DNA from: Basidiobolus meristosporus CBS 931.73
Lineage: Eukaryota; Fungi; Basidiobolomycota
Direction: 5' to 3'
Length of the DNA: 49,077 bases
NCBI GenBank assembly: GCA_002104905.1
Contig: MCFE01000660.1
Span: 1-49,077 of the forward strand
The notes under the pieces are model-generated. The model was not told the origin of the DNA. It searched no databases and was given only the letters and a program-made list of their open reading frames with translations. Both the position numbers and the translations under genes were made by a program. This document shows, piece after piece, positions 11,251-23,686 of the stretch. Position 1 is the stretch's first letter; the number at the start of each line of letters is the position of its first letter.

Positions 11251-11499
11251 TAGTTGACTAATTGTGTATATTTGGTGGATAAATTGGACATATATTCAGG
11301 ATCTTCTGGGGAGCAAGTTTGAATAGGGGGGATGAGAATGTATTTAATAATGTAATTGGTAATGTTGGATTTATTGTAAAGTTTAGAGTTCTCTTCAAGA
11401 GCAGAACAAATTTTATTAAGGATATTTTTATGCCGGATTCTTGAGAAGATTTGGAGGTAGGTTTGAATAAAACTAACCCGTCTCTAGTGACAGAATAAC

Positions 11500-13870
11500 T
11501 ACAAAAAAGTTTTGCTTTAGTCTAGTTGATGGCAGGCTGGTGTGACTATGAGTTTAAGCAGATAGGTTTTGAGGGTAGCAAAACTACACTTTTCAGCATT
11601 GAGAATCAGTCCAGCAGCTGTTGATCTGTTGATTACATTAGTGACATGGGTGGCATGATCATCATGGTTTGTAGAAAATATGAATACTTCATAAACAGAT
11701 ATCAATGCATATGGCACATTCTGGAGTACTATTATCAAAACTCTCTGGAACTTCCCAGTATATGTCTTTGGGCCAAAGGGAGCTCCCTGAAACATTCAAT
11801 GCATATTATTCCACATATGGGCAGTCTTACACTGATAATCTGGATGGATCTGTTATTGGTGATATGTACCATAAAGTCCAACTTGGAGAATAATTTTGCT
11901 CCTGATGATGAGGAGAAGATATCCTGGATTCTTGGGATTGAGAACTAGTCATCTTGGAGAAGCTTACTCAGGTGTCTGGGGTCCAAATAGGGCCACTTAA
12001 GAGTTAGATTTCCATCAATGCCCTTTTTAGGTGCAAGCATCAAAGGGCTGTTCAGTGTTGTGCTGACAGGGGCTTGAGTTATAATATCATTGTCAGCCAG
12101 CCTTTTGACTATTTTATCAGCTAAGTATTGACATGAATGTGGAATTGGGTATTGTCTCCTCCATGTTGAATCACCAGGTGGGTATTCTAACATAACAATG
12201 GTTGCTGGGATAGTGCAGAAGCTGTTCCTTGGAATAGCTTAGTTTCTTTCTATGGCCAGTTGAATATCCAATTTGACTGATTGAGAATATGCTTCAAAAG
12301 TTGGTGCTGACTCTTCTTTTTTGCATTGGAGTGAGATAATATCTGGAATGTGCTCCATTGTGGGTGACTGGGATTTAGGATTTTGGGATAGGGAACTAGT
12401 AGTCTGCCTATATGAAAGCCATGATTAGTAAAGGTGACTAGACCAGTGACTATGTGAGGTCCATCTACAATGTCAATAACTTCTATTTAATGGTTTATAG
12501 TTATTGAACCACAATAGACTTGTTCCATGAGATAGTGCCACATTGAGCCATGAGTGCCAAATGATGCCATAGTGTGCCAAGGAGGCCAAGTAAGCCTATA
12601 CTTGGCCACAGAGTATGAAACATAGCTTTTCATTGTCATGTAAAGCAGCACATTTGTCTCACCCACCATGCCAGAGAAAATCCATTTTTTGATCTTTTTT
12701 TTTGAATCAATGTTGTGCAGGATGTGTATGAGCACAGAAGGACTGAAGACATGCTTCTGGTACTCAATACACATGGCGGTCTGAAACTAGCTCCTGTAGC
12801 ATGTATCATGTCATAAAAATGCATGGCACTATCTTGGTCCACTGGTACTATCTGGCTCTGCTGCTTCTTGGGATGTGTCCTAACTTGTTTGACTGCTTGG
12901 CAATGCCTTTGCATTCACTGGTATTATGACAACATCTTCCATAAAGCCCACAATTCTTGGTAGAAGCTGAATCTTCTTGGTCACACAACTGTTTTCTTTT
13001 CCAGTTGCTGCTGGATCTTGAGTGCTGTTGCCTCAAGTCTGGCTAACAGCCCCAGTCATGGTGGCTGCAAGTGTACATGATGCTGAGATCTTGTCATAAG
13101 TTCATTCTGGGTTTCATGCTTTGATGATAGTAAAATTGCTCTGTAGCTAGTGTGAGAAGCATGAAAGAAAATGAGCTGTAAGCAATGGAGTATCATTGTT
13201 AACTCTGGCTAATCTCATTTGATGTTGGAATCTATGACAGAAGTGTTAAATAGATTAATCCTTTTACATTTTAGTTTTCCATAGGTTGCAGCTGGTGTGC
13301 ATCTAAGAAATGACTACGCTTTCAAGAAACTCAGTATGATTCTTTATAACATTGGCTCCTTCAACACAAAAAGGGAAGTATCTTGGTACAACCAACAGGG
13401 TAGATCCAGAGGGGGATATAGTACTGGAGGATCCAAAGGCACAACTTCTTGGCGGCTGATGCAGAGTAAGGCTTGGCAGATTTTCAATGCTGTCACCTAC
13501 TTTTGCAACATTCTCCTGAGCTTTGATTAATCTAATCTCATCTTGGTAACTGTATACAACTTTAAGGAATTCATCTCTGCAATGAATGACAGAACCTGTC
13601 TTGGCTAGCTTTGTGTGCTCAATCATCAAGATGTTTCTTTCAAGCTGTGCAGTCAACTCTTTCTGATTTTGTTGGGCTTCTTCAAACATGGAAAGATTTG
13701 AATTGCATGCTGAGCACATCTTACAAAATGGTTGAATGTACAGGATCTCAACAAAAAAAATGTTGTTTCCAAGAGAAATGTGTAGCAATGCTCTTATATA
13801 GTTTAGCTGAACCTTAGTGACACCTTGGTACAGAATTTTTGAATTCTCACCAAGTGGCAGAAACATTAGC
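11500..13870 (-). mobile_element. Decayed Ty3/Gypsy family C (gag with Cys/His knuckle, RT), interrupted by half-MITE
   Basis: RT pieces WRRQYPIP...NSPLMLAPKK...LDPRHL and FQGAPFGPK..GKFQR..HATHVTNVI..LILNAEKCSF. Knuckle-like CGLYGRCCHNTSEC near 12900-12960. Gag assignment of ORF 13303-13866 is inferred from position. Confidence 0.65.
12516..12856. mobile_element. Foldback MITE copy 3, left arm only
   Basis: Starts agacttgttcc after aat. Ends at ggtactatctggc, a few nt before the arm/spacer boundary. Confidence 0.85.
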
Positions 13871-14229
13871 AGAGTGATTCTGGTATAATACTTGTCTTGT
13901 TCATAGCTGGATATGGCTATGAAGGCAACAAAGGTGGTATGCTATGCAGGCTAGGCCTGGTGCTCTTGGAAATGCTAGACATGCTAAGCTTGGGCTGAAA
14001 CTAGACTGAAATTGTTGAATTGTCAATTGTGCTGAGAAACAATCTTATTTTTGTTGATACAAACTCTATACCCAAAGGTTCAGTAAGCTTTATTTATACT
14101 TTTCTGATCAAATTGAGCTAATAAGCACCAACAGGCTGGACTAATTGAAATCAGTTTGGGTGCTGATAGGTGCATATGATAAATGAAGACTGCATCATCA
14201 ATTAGCTGATGTCTTGGCAACTTCTAACT

Positions 14230-14430
14230 AATTGGATAGATCTGGGATGACTAATCCCTTGGAAAAGCATAGCATGTGCATTGATCAGGTGTGAGAGCTA
14301 AAAGCAGATTTGCAGAGGTGATAAATAAGCCATAAGTGGGATTAGTTATCTTTGGGTTAGTGAAAAATATTTAGGGCACTAGATTTTCTAGTAGAGTAAA
14401 AATTGTAAGTTTTAAATGGTGATGCACATC
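14230..14430. repeat. Unassigned dispersed repeat, also at ~33720-33910
   Basis: Both places share gataaataagccataa..ggattagt...ttagggcactagatttt. Confidence 0.5.
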
Positions 14431-14640
14431 ACCACTTTTATGGAAGGAGCTTGTGATGAGATTTGAGCTGCTATACTACAAGCATAAAGCTGAACACATA
14501 GATCTCTGCTGCTACTGTATCCATTCTTTACTCTGTTTTGCTTTGTGTGCAGAGAATATGGGGCTTTGCTTGACCTTTTGAGATCTTCCTATGCAGCCAA
14601 TATCACACAGAATTGCTATAAAGTTGAGGAGATAGATGTT
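14430..14640 (+). pseudogene. CACTA transposase fragment
   Basis: caagcataaagctgaacacatagatctctgctgctactgt matches 9990-10040 and 37360-37400. Confidence 0.6.
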
Positions 14641-15599
14641 TGCCCATTGCAGCAGGTGTTCACATATGGTAAGTAAGCTGGGGACCAAATTTGTTTTGAT
14701 AGAAATTATATTTTTGATACTCATGATGGTAGTGGACAAGCAAAAAAAGAGGGGTGAACTCAAAGTGAGTTATACAAATGACACTAGGGGAGGGGTACAG
14801 AGGAAACACCTTTGGTGATCAGTATGAAGGGATTACACAAAGCTAGCTGTAGGTTGCCATATTGCTGCTATAACTCTGACAATGGTCTGCAAAGTAGGCA
14901 TAATATACTAACACATTGTCAGCCATAAAAGACAATTGGATGTATTAGCCAATTTGGTCTACTCAGATAGCTGTAGGGCACATTGAGATGTTAAGATAGC
15001 AAGCTACTTTTGCCTATAGGCTGTTGAAAAACCATCAACATTTTACTGTATTTACCATCAAACTAGAAAATGTTGACACAATCCTATTATAAGATTGTGC
15101 AAATGGTCAATATTTCCAAGTTGCCTGCATTATAGTGAGTACTTTATCAAATAAAGAGGAGTAATTCATAAGAATATAAATTGGTGCAAGCGGAGGTAGA
15201 AAAAGAAAATAGAATTCACAAAGCAATAAGTATTTCTGCCAAAATATTACTTTTCCATGACTTTGACATGAACACTATGTTGTAAAAATACGTAATTCCA
15301 CCTATATATTCACCTAACTTGGTCACTTATATCATTACCTTGCAATCCTAGAGAATACTGACCAAATTCCTTGTCAGGATTTACTTATAATATTTCACCA
15401 AAATATCAGGTACCCAGAACATGAAAATTCTCAAAGTGGTCCAAACAGCCCAAAACTTTGCACACATGCTCTTGGGACCTCTCTTAACCCATTTTACATG
15501 TTTGTAATGCCAAGACCATGTAAAAGTATAAATACTACTTTTACATTCAATAAATCATTAAGTGAAAACCACATAATCTACTGGTTCTCCCAATTACTT

Positions 15600-18040
15600 C
15601 CAATTTCTTCAATACTCTTAAAACACATTACAGCTTTATGTCATTGTTGATTTACTGGCTCCCATATATTTTGGCCTTCAGCTGGCACAGCAAAGTCCAG
15701 CACCTCATTGGCCAGTCTTTACAATAATACCTTTCAATGTTCATGTGTACTTTCTTCTGCACTGCTCTTCCAGGAGTGCTGCAACCTCTGTGTTTACCTA
15801 CTGATGCTCCAAACTCCACTGTAGGGATTGTGATAGACTTTTGAGCTTTGAAAGTTGTTACTTTGCTCATCAGCAGGATCCCCACTGTGTTGGCAAAGAG
15901 GGATATGGAGGCAGTGGTAGACAAATTGCCTTTCTGCAATATGACATAGTGCACTGGAGTGTAGCTCAACTGACTGCACTTCCTGCTTTGAAGAAAGTCG
16001 CTGCTTTCTTGTTGGTAACTCTTCTGAGCTGTCATGGGACTCAACCTGAATAGGGCAAACAGTGTTAATTGGGAGGAACTGCAGCTTTTTTCTCTACTTG
16101 TCTGTTTTGGGCTTAGGTAGACTTTTCCCTCATCAACTTTACCTTATTCACTACAAAGTTTTTCACTGATCCTTTGGGTGTGTGCTTCCTGTATATAACA
16201 ACCTCTTAGCCTTTGTGAATGTGGCACTGGTACATTTCTCTTTGCCTACTTTTCCCTTGCTGGTACTATCCTGGCAACTTGGCTGATAGTTTTAGACTTT
16301 CAGCTCTGCTTGTGACAGGCTTATGGGAGAGCTACAGGTTTTTGATGCTGTTGGGACTTTGACTGCTACTGTAACTCAGTGCTTGTTGCATTAAACCAAG
16401 TTTTCTCTTTGATAAGTGCTCTACTAATACATCTGTTTTTTCCTGCTTGTCTCTTACTGACACTTACTTGGCAACCTAACATTTGTTTTTCTTTGGTTTT
16501 GAACTTTCAACTTTGGCTATTATAGGTATCTGAGAAAACTGCAGGGTTTTTGCATCTTCAGGTTCTACAGTGCCACTTTCACTAGGTACTTTTTGTATTG
16601 AGCTACCTTTTTTTCTTGATAAGTGATGCAGCTTTTCTGCCTGCTTGTCCCTTATTGAAACTCTTCTGACTCCCAGAAATTTCTTGGCCACATATTTGGC
16701 GCTTTTGGCCCTACTTGTGACAAGCTCCTGAGGAAGCTGCTAGTTTTAGCTCTGGCACCCTTGCTCTTCTGCCTGTGATTATTTCTGTCATTCTGCAGAC
16801 ACATTCTTAGCATACCAATTCTGGCCCAAAGTCAATTTGCTTACTTTAATTTAGGATAACACTGAAAGCACAGGTCAAGCAATTCACTTAGCTTTGAGTT
16901 GCTGAAGATCTCATAGTATACCTGCCTTGAGGTGATGCCATCCTTGACTTCAAACAGCCACTTAAGTGTCAACTCACCCTGCATCTTTGCACTCTATAGA
17001 CTTGTTCCATTGGATAGTGCCACATTGAGCCATGAGTGCCAAATGATGCCGTAGTGTGCCAGAGAGGCCAAGTGAGCCTATACTTGGCCACAGAGTGTGA
17101 AACATAGATCTGCATCTTCATGCAAAGCATCCCCTGTGTTTCACCTATGATGCAGGAGAAAATCCATTTTTTGATGTTTTTTTGTGGATCAATATTGTGC
17201 AGGATCTGCAAGAGCACAGGAGAACTGAAGATATGCATCTGGTACTCAATACCCATGGCACTCTGAATCTAGCTTCTGTAGCTTGTATAATGTCACAAAA
17301 ATGCATGGCACTATCTTGGTCCACTGGTACTATCTGGCAATATAAGTGCTTTGTATAGATCTTACTTTAGGGCTAATATTTAAATATAGTGCCAGATAGT
17401 ACCAGTGGACCAAGATAGTGCCATGCATTTTTGTGACATGATACAAGCTACAGGAGCTAGATTTGGAGTGCCATGGGTATTGAGTACCAGATGCATATCT
17501 TCAATCCTTTAGTGCTCTTGCTCATCTTGCACAACATTGACCTAAAAAAAAAGGTCAAAAATGGATTTTCTCCATCACAATGAGTGAAACACAGGGGCTG
17601 CTTTGCATAAAGATGCAGATCTATGTTTCACACTCTATAGCCAAGTGTTGGCTCACTTGGCCTCACTGGCATGCTATGGTCTCACTTGACACTCATGGCT
17701 CAATGTGGCACTATCAAATGGAACAAGTCTTATGGCTTCATGGATCTTCAATGTCTTTGATCATCAGTTGTGGGTTGAATACCATAGTCTCTCCCTCCCA
17801 TTCTATTAGAGGCTTTTCTGAAGGCTGTATCTTCAGGCACTGTTGTTGTACTTCAATGACTATAGGGTGTTCCTCTGCTGCTGCTTTGGGAGGGGGCTGT
17901 GTTACTTCACACAGTCCATGCTTTCTGGGGTACTGGAGTAACAGAATCATACTGTAATACCACCATAAGAGACATATGACTATCTTTCCTAAGTGCTCTA
18001 CAGTTCTGTGGCTTGCTAAGCTCACTTGTGTCCAACACAC
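15600..18040 (-). pseudogene. CACTA-associated accessory gene remnant, interrupted by MITE copy 4
   Basis: QQCLKIQPSEKPLIEWEGETMVF matches QCPKIKSTEKPITEWEGYTVVF at ~41200-41280. 15650-16900 is the inverse of 41400-42310. Confidence 0.6.
16998..17730. mobile_element. Foldback MITE copy 4, complete (733 bp), TSD TAT
   Basis: tat|agacttgttcc...ggaacaagtct|tat; ~345-bp inverted arms. Confidence 0.93.
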
Positions 18041-18164
18041 TGGAATTGATCAAGCTGAGATTCAGTCTGGCAGTTAGAAGCGCAAAGATCTGATTGCCAT
18101 TTTGTAACTTAGTAGCATGGGTTCTCCCATTTGTTGATGGCTTACAGATGAATAGCCATGTTCT

Positions 18165-18386
18165 TCAAAGTACCAGGTCAAGTTTGAAGTTTCCAAAAAT
18201 GTAGGTCTGTATGTCTTGTCCATAGCCATCAATACTTATTCTTACTGGCTGAGTGGTATGATTGACTATGTGAGAGTTCCTACCAGTTGTTAAGACTAAA
18301 GTTGATATAGTAGGTTCTGCGTTGATTCCAGCCTTCAAAGCAAATTGCTTTGACATGTAATTATGTGATGATCCAGATTCAATCAT
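18165..18386 (-). pseudogene. Family B aspartic protease fragment
   Basis: MIESGSSHNYMSKQFALKAGINAEP is a degenerate D-S/T-G motif. Homologous to 27070-27258 and 23690-23850. Confidence 0.65.
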
Positions 18387-18621
18387 GATCTTGGAAGGTA
18401 CTGTTGAAATATCAGAGAGATATATTGGAAGTGAAATGGAATGTTAGAAGATTTACATGAAATTCACTTGTATATTTGTTGAGTTGCATCACAGTATTCA
18501 TATTTCTTGCATAACCATATAATTGTTACTATTTGTTCATTATTAGGGGAGTCTCAGGAGTACATGTGCCATGTTTCAGCTCATTTGCACAGGCTTTAGA
18601 TTTTCCAAATATTCTGTATGT

Positions 18622-19692
18622 TGTAGTGGGGTGACAGTGACACCCACTGACAGGTGTGCTAATTCCCTTATTTTCTACTTCCCTACATCTCTACTACACT
18701 TATTTTAGTTTTCTCCCAATTGTCTTACCCAATCAGTACTATCCCATAAGCCGGTTGACTATCACACCTGCTTACCTTATTGCATAAGTTACCCCTCACT
18801 TTATCTAAGATTACTAGCTATAAGTGCTTCTGTATTAGGCAAGTACCCGCGCCAGTACCTGTGACACATGATCAACCTGTGTCACCATACCTACCATTTT
18901 CATACCATATATGGTATCCCCATGTTACACAGGTTTCAGAATACTGATTCCTGATTGGTTGGATGTGCTGTGCCTCTTAGAACCTCCCAGCACCTACTTA
19001 GAACATTCTTAGGTCATTCTGATGTCATTAAGATTTCTATTAATATCCAGAACCATCTGGAACACCATGATTAGTAATCACTTAGCCAGTGAGAAAAGTA
19101 TATAAGGGAGGCTATCCCTCAACAATAAATCATCATCCCTTTTATCAATATACCAACTTATTGATTAGTGTGATCACTGCTACCTGCTGCTACCTGAACT
19201 TCCAACCCCAGACCATAGGACACTCCCAGGAAACCACGCTGACAGCCAACTGACCTTGGAGGTACTACTTGTGAGGAATACTCAGAGTAGGTATCTTTTA
19301 TTATATTTGATTCTTTCCCAAGTTTGTTCTTGTACAGGCAAAGATACTTTTCTGTCTTTGTAACTATTGACCACAGCTGCATTCTTATCAAGTCCCTGCT
19401 GGTGGAGTTTACAGTTGTTTTGACTTTGGAAGCTTTAGTACATAGTCATCTCAAAGGATGCTGAACTCAGCACATACTTTTGTTAAGACACCAACTAAGT
19501 TGGGGATTGTAGCTCAATAGTTTTCCCTTGACAATCTTGTGGCTTTTTTCCCCTTCACATTAGATTAGAGACAGAACTCAAGTATTCCTAGCAAGCTTTT
19601 GCCAGAGGTTATTGCACCCAGTGAACATCCCACACACAAAACACTTGAGAAGTTTTGGACATATCTCTCCCTTGGACTTGTACACCACCACA
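18622..19692 (+). mobile_element. Solo LTR B (1071 bp)
   Basis: TGTAGTGG...CCACCACA. TATATAA at 19099 and AATAAA at ~19124. Flanks atgt (18618-18621) and acgt (19693-19696). Confidence 0.88.
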
Positions 19693-19859
19693 ACGTGATT
19701 GGTTCCTAATAATTAGCAAGTATCTAACAAACTAATTTCTAAGTTAATATTCTGAGATGCATTACTTAAATAAGTGCCATCTCATAACCTATTAATAATC
19801 AGGTGGACTTCAAATTTAGACTGATATCTCTGTTGGAGTACTCAGATCTTCCATTTGCA

Positions 19860-20563
19860 ACTTGGCTCTTTTATATTAAAGGTGCTTTGCAGGTAAAGGA
19901 GTGGCCCCAGAAAGCAAGTAATTTTTACAGCCTGTTACCTGGCAAACACAGCTTTATGGTGGTATCACAACCAGATCATATCATCAACTATGATAGGTTA
20001 CACTACTATCTCTACCTGGGATGAGTTTTTGCTGGAAATTCAAGATGCCTTCAAACCACCTCACCAGCAGACACTACTAAGAAGGAAGCTGAAGCAACTC
20101 AGACAGAAAGGAATGGTTCAAAAATACTACTTTGAGTATAGATATCTACTTGGACATATTGAAAGAATGCACCCTTTTGATCAAGCTGAATACTTTATTG
20201 ATGGATTGAAAGAAAGAACTTGCAAGGAAGTGAATTATCAAAGACCTCAAACTAGTGAAGAAGCCATCAAGAATGCCATTGCCATTGACTATTACTCAGC
20301 TATGTTTGGAGTAGGGAAGTCCACAATAACTAATAGAGTGGCTATGATCACTATGAAAGAAGTCCATCAGAGGCAGTGCAATTGTAAATAGATGCTATGC
20401 AGAAGAATCTCACCTGAGAAGAATGTTAGAACCAAAGACTTTGCTTTAATTACCACCAGCAAGGACACATTGCAATGTACTGCACTCAGAGAAGAAATGA
20501 GCACCTGTCGGCAAGGACTTTCAGCTAGGCTAAAGCCATTGAGTATAATAACATGGAAGATAA
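19860..20563 (+). pseudogene. Family B gag fragment (Retrotrans_gag-like)
   Basis: TWDEFLLEIQDAFKPPHQQTLLRRKLKQLRQKGMVQKYYFEY...FIDGLK. Inverse homolog of 27300-28000. Confidence 0.75.
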
Positions 20564-20930
20564 TGTTACAAGTCTTGGTATAAGAGTTGTAGAGGAATAG
20601 GGAGTTACATAGTATTGTATTCACTAAAGCTTGAACTGATTTTTATTGAGGTTCCAGCAGCTCCTTATATACATTTTGCCAGATAAATTGCTGACTAATT
20701 GTATTTCCTAATGTAGGTTGTGGCTGATGACTCATTTGATTGCATCATCATCACCCAATAAGATCCTACTTAATATATCTATTTCTGTCTGATAAGGATC
20801 TGCTGATTCATTTGCTGACTAATGCTACTGATTTCATAGATAATACTGATATACTGATAACCTAAACATATACTAATTGATTTGACTAAAAGCTGATCCA
20901 ACTTAAACATTCAAGCGGCAGATCATAACA
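20564..20930 (-). mobile_element. Family B 3' LTR
   Basis: TGTTACA...TAACA termini. PPT agtaggggagaa on the minus strand immediately inside. Confidence 0.82.
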
Positions 20931-21129
20931 TTCTCCCCTACTACAGTTGAGAGGGTTCTCCTGAATCTCTTTTCTTGTGATACCAATATCTTGATGGTTC
21001 AGTATTATCAGCAAGTCTTGCAAGCTTGAGTCTGTCCCTATGCACTAAGTCTTCCCAGATATTGCCTTGTTTGTCCACCAGTTGGTAAGTTGCAAATGGA
21101 CATTCTCTGATGATCTTGAATGGTCCTGT

Positions 21130-22272
21130 CTATTGTGGCTCAAACTTCTTCCAAGTGTTGTTTCTTAGCAATACAAAGTTCCCAACTGTCAATGCTTCTG
21201 GTGCTATAGTCTTATCAAATCTCTGCTTCATCTTTTCTGCACTTTGAGATACTTTGGTCTGTGCCTCTTGACGTCTTTGCTCCTGTTTCTGGTGTCTACT
21301 TGGCTGACTAAGCTCATCTTCTAAGGCATCTGTAAGCTTGGGTTGTGTGAGATCTCCTGGAATCCTTGGTTCACATCCATACACTAAGTAAAATGGTGAT
21401 TGCTGGGTGGTGTTGTGTACTCTGACTCTGCATGCAAAGAGTGCTTGGTCTATATACTCATCCCATCTACTGACAACTCCATTTGCATACTTGGCCAGCA
21501 TTTTTCCAAATAATCCATTAAACCGCTCAGTGACTCCATTAGTTCTGGGGTGATATGCCAAGGTTTTCAAGTGTCTGATCTGCTGCATTTCCAGGTAAGC
21601 CTCTAATGTCTTTGCCATAAAGTTTGCTCCTCTATCAGATAAGATCTCCACAGGGCATCCAAACTTCATCAGGATCTCATGGTAAATGAAACTTGCAACT
21701 TCTTGTTCACTGGCTATTGGTACAGCTTTAGCAACTGGCCATTTAGTGGCATGGTCAATTGCTACTAGGATCCAATGGTTGCATTTCCTGGTAGTTGGCA
21801 GTCTTCCAATAAAGTCAATTCCCCATCTCTCAAATGGTCTTACAGGCTCCAACGGGAAGAGTTTGGCAATTCTTTGTGGCTGGCCTTGATTGATTTGGCA
21901 GTTTGGGCATGTTTTTACTAGCTTCTCAATGTCTTGTTTCATTCTAGGCCACCATGTGCTGGCCTTCACAAGGCTATAGGTTCCTTCAATCCCAAGATGT
22001 CCATATCCATTGTGTAGCTTATGTATTAAATCCAGGCAAGCAACATAAGGACAATAGGCAATAGGGCTTCCATCAACAATTTGGTAGAGTGTTTCATCCT
22101 GTACAGCAAATTTGCTGGCTTCATCACGGATTATCTTCTTGATATCTTCATCCACCTCATTAGGAATGGCTTGGTCCTCCAAGTACTTTGGTAATAGGCT
22201 AGGCCAGTGTGATTCATGCACCAAGTTGAATTGTGCAACTTGATCTAATCTTGATAAGGCATCAGCAACCAT
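21130..22272 (-). pseudogene. Ty3/Gypsy integrase (HHCC plus DDE core)
   Basis: LHNGYGHLG...CPNCQ, PFERWGIDF, ILSDRGANF, YHPRTNGVTERFN. Part of a pol broken by stops and frameshifts. Confidence 0.9.
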
Positions 22273-23585
22273 GTTGTTTTTCCAGGGCAGTAGACAATCA
22301 CCAGGTCAAATTGCTGAATGTATTCACTCCATCTTGTCATTCTTCTAGAGAGTACCTTCTGAGTAAATATATACTTGAGGGAGGCATGATCAGTCTTCAC
22401 AGTGCATTTGACTCCTTCATTATAGCATCTCCATGTCTTCAAACAGTGTATTATAGCAAGCATCTCCTTCTCATGGACTGGATAGTTTTGTTCTGCTGAG
22501 TTCAGTTACTTGGATTCAAAGGCAACAGGGTAGTCCTTTCCCTTGTGTTCTTGGCTCAGCACTCCACCAATTGCATAATCTGAAGCATCTGTGCACAGAG
22601 TGAACTCTTTTCTGAAGTCTGGTATTCTTAAGCTTGGCAGCTTAGCAAGTTCACTCTTGAGCGTCTGGAAGGCAGTCTCACAAGCCATGTCCCACTTGTA
22701 GGTATTGTCTTTCTTGCGGATATCACTTAAAGGGGCCGCAATACTTGCAAACAACTTGACAAATCTCCGATAATAAGAAACCATTCCAAGGAATGATCTG
22801 AGCTCTGATATGCAATGGGGCTGTTTCAGATTTTTGATTACTTCCACCTTCTTTGGGTCTAAGGTTACTCCTGTGCTAGTCACTATGTGTTGCAGGTATT
22901 CAACGTGCTCCTTGAAGAATTCACACTTGGCTAGCTTGCCATATAGCTTGTTATCTCTTAGTTTCTTCAAGACCTTTTCAATGTGCACTACGTGATCCTC
23001 TTCTGTCTTGCTGTATACCAATATGTCATCCATGTAGATTATCACAAACTTGTCTAAGTACTCCTGAAAGACAGTCTGCATCAGCGTCATGAATGTTGCA
23101 GGGGCATTAGTGAGGTCAAAACTCATGACTAAGTACTTGTAATGCTCATATCTGGTCCTAAATGCTGTCTTAGGAATATCTTCTGGTTTCACCCTACTTT
23201 GGTTGTATTCTGACATGAGGTCAATCTTGCTGAAAATAGTGGCTCCATTAAGTTGGTCCAAAAGCTCATCAATCCAAGGTATGGGGTACTTATTCTTGAC
23301 AGTAACTGAGTTCAGGGCTCTGTAGTCAATGCACATCCTAAGTGTTCCATCCTTCTTTTTCACAAAAAGCACTGGTGCTCCCCAGGGTGACTTGCTGGGC
23401 CTGATGTATCCTTGCTCCAATAGCTGATCAATTTGTCTCTTCATTTCCTCCAATTCCAATGGACTCATTCTGTAAGGTGTCTTGCTCATTGGAGGGCTAT
23501 TTCCTGTGTCAATGGCATGATCCACATCTCTGACTGGTGGTAGGCTTACAAGCTCATCTGGGAACACGTCTGAATATTTCTTCAA
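22245..23585 (-). pseudogene. Ty3/Gypsy reverse transcriptase and RNase H
   Basis: [59 protein letters not shown]. Stop at 22506. Confidence 0.9.
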
Positions 23586-23686
23586 GAGAGTCTGGACCTG
23601 CTGGGGTGCGGGGGTAGAGGAATCCTACTGTAATACCGCCATGAGGAACATCTCAGTACCTTTTCTAAGTGCTCTACAGAACTGGG

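Noticed and set aside
14377-14381. CACTA word here and at 33858 as an element terminus
   Set aside because: Homology between the two sites extends on both sides of the word, and no matching TAGTG end or TSD was found.
14850-14930. CRLPYC...RHNILTHC as a LINE C-terminal zinc knuckle
   Set aside because: Short, stop-flanked, wrong spacing, and no adjacent RT or endonuclease similarity.
17335-17395. TTTAGGG telomere-like word in the MITE spacer
   Set aside because: Single unit, not tandem, and absent from copy 1.
16995-17733. Tc1/mariner-type TA duplication for the MITE
   Set aside because: TA would fit copy 5, but copy 4 has tat...tat with right flank tt, so only a 3-bp TSD explains both.
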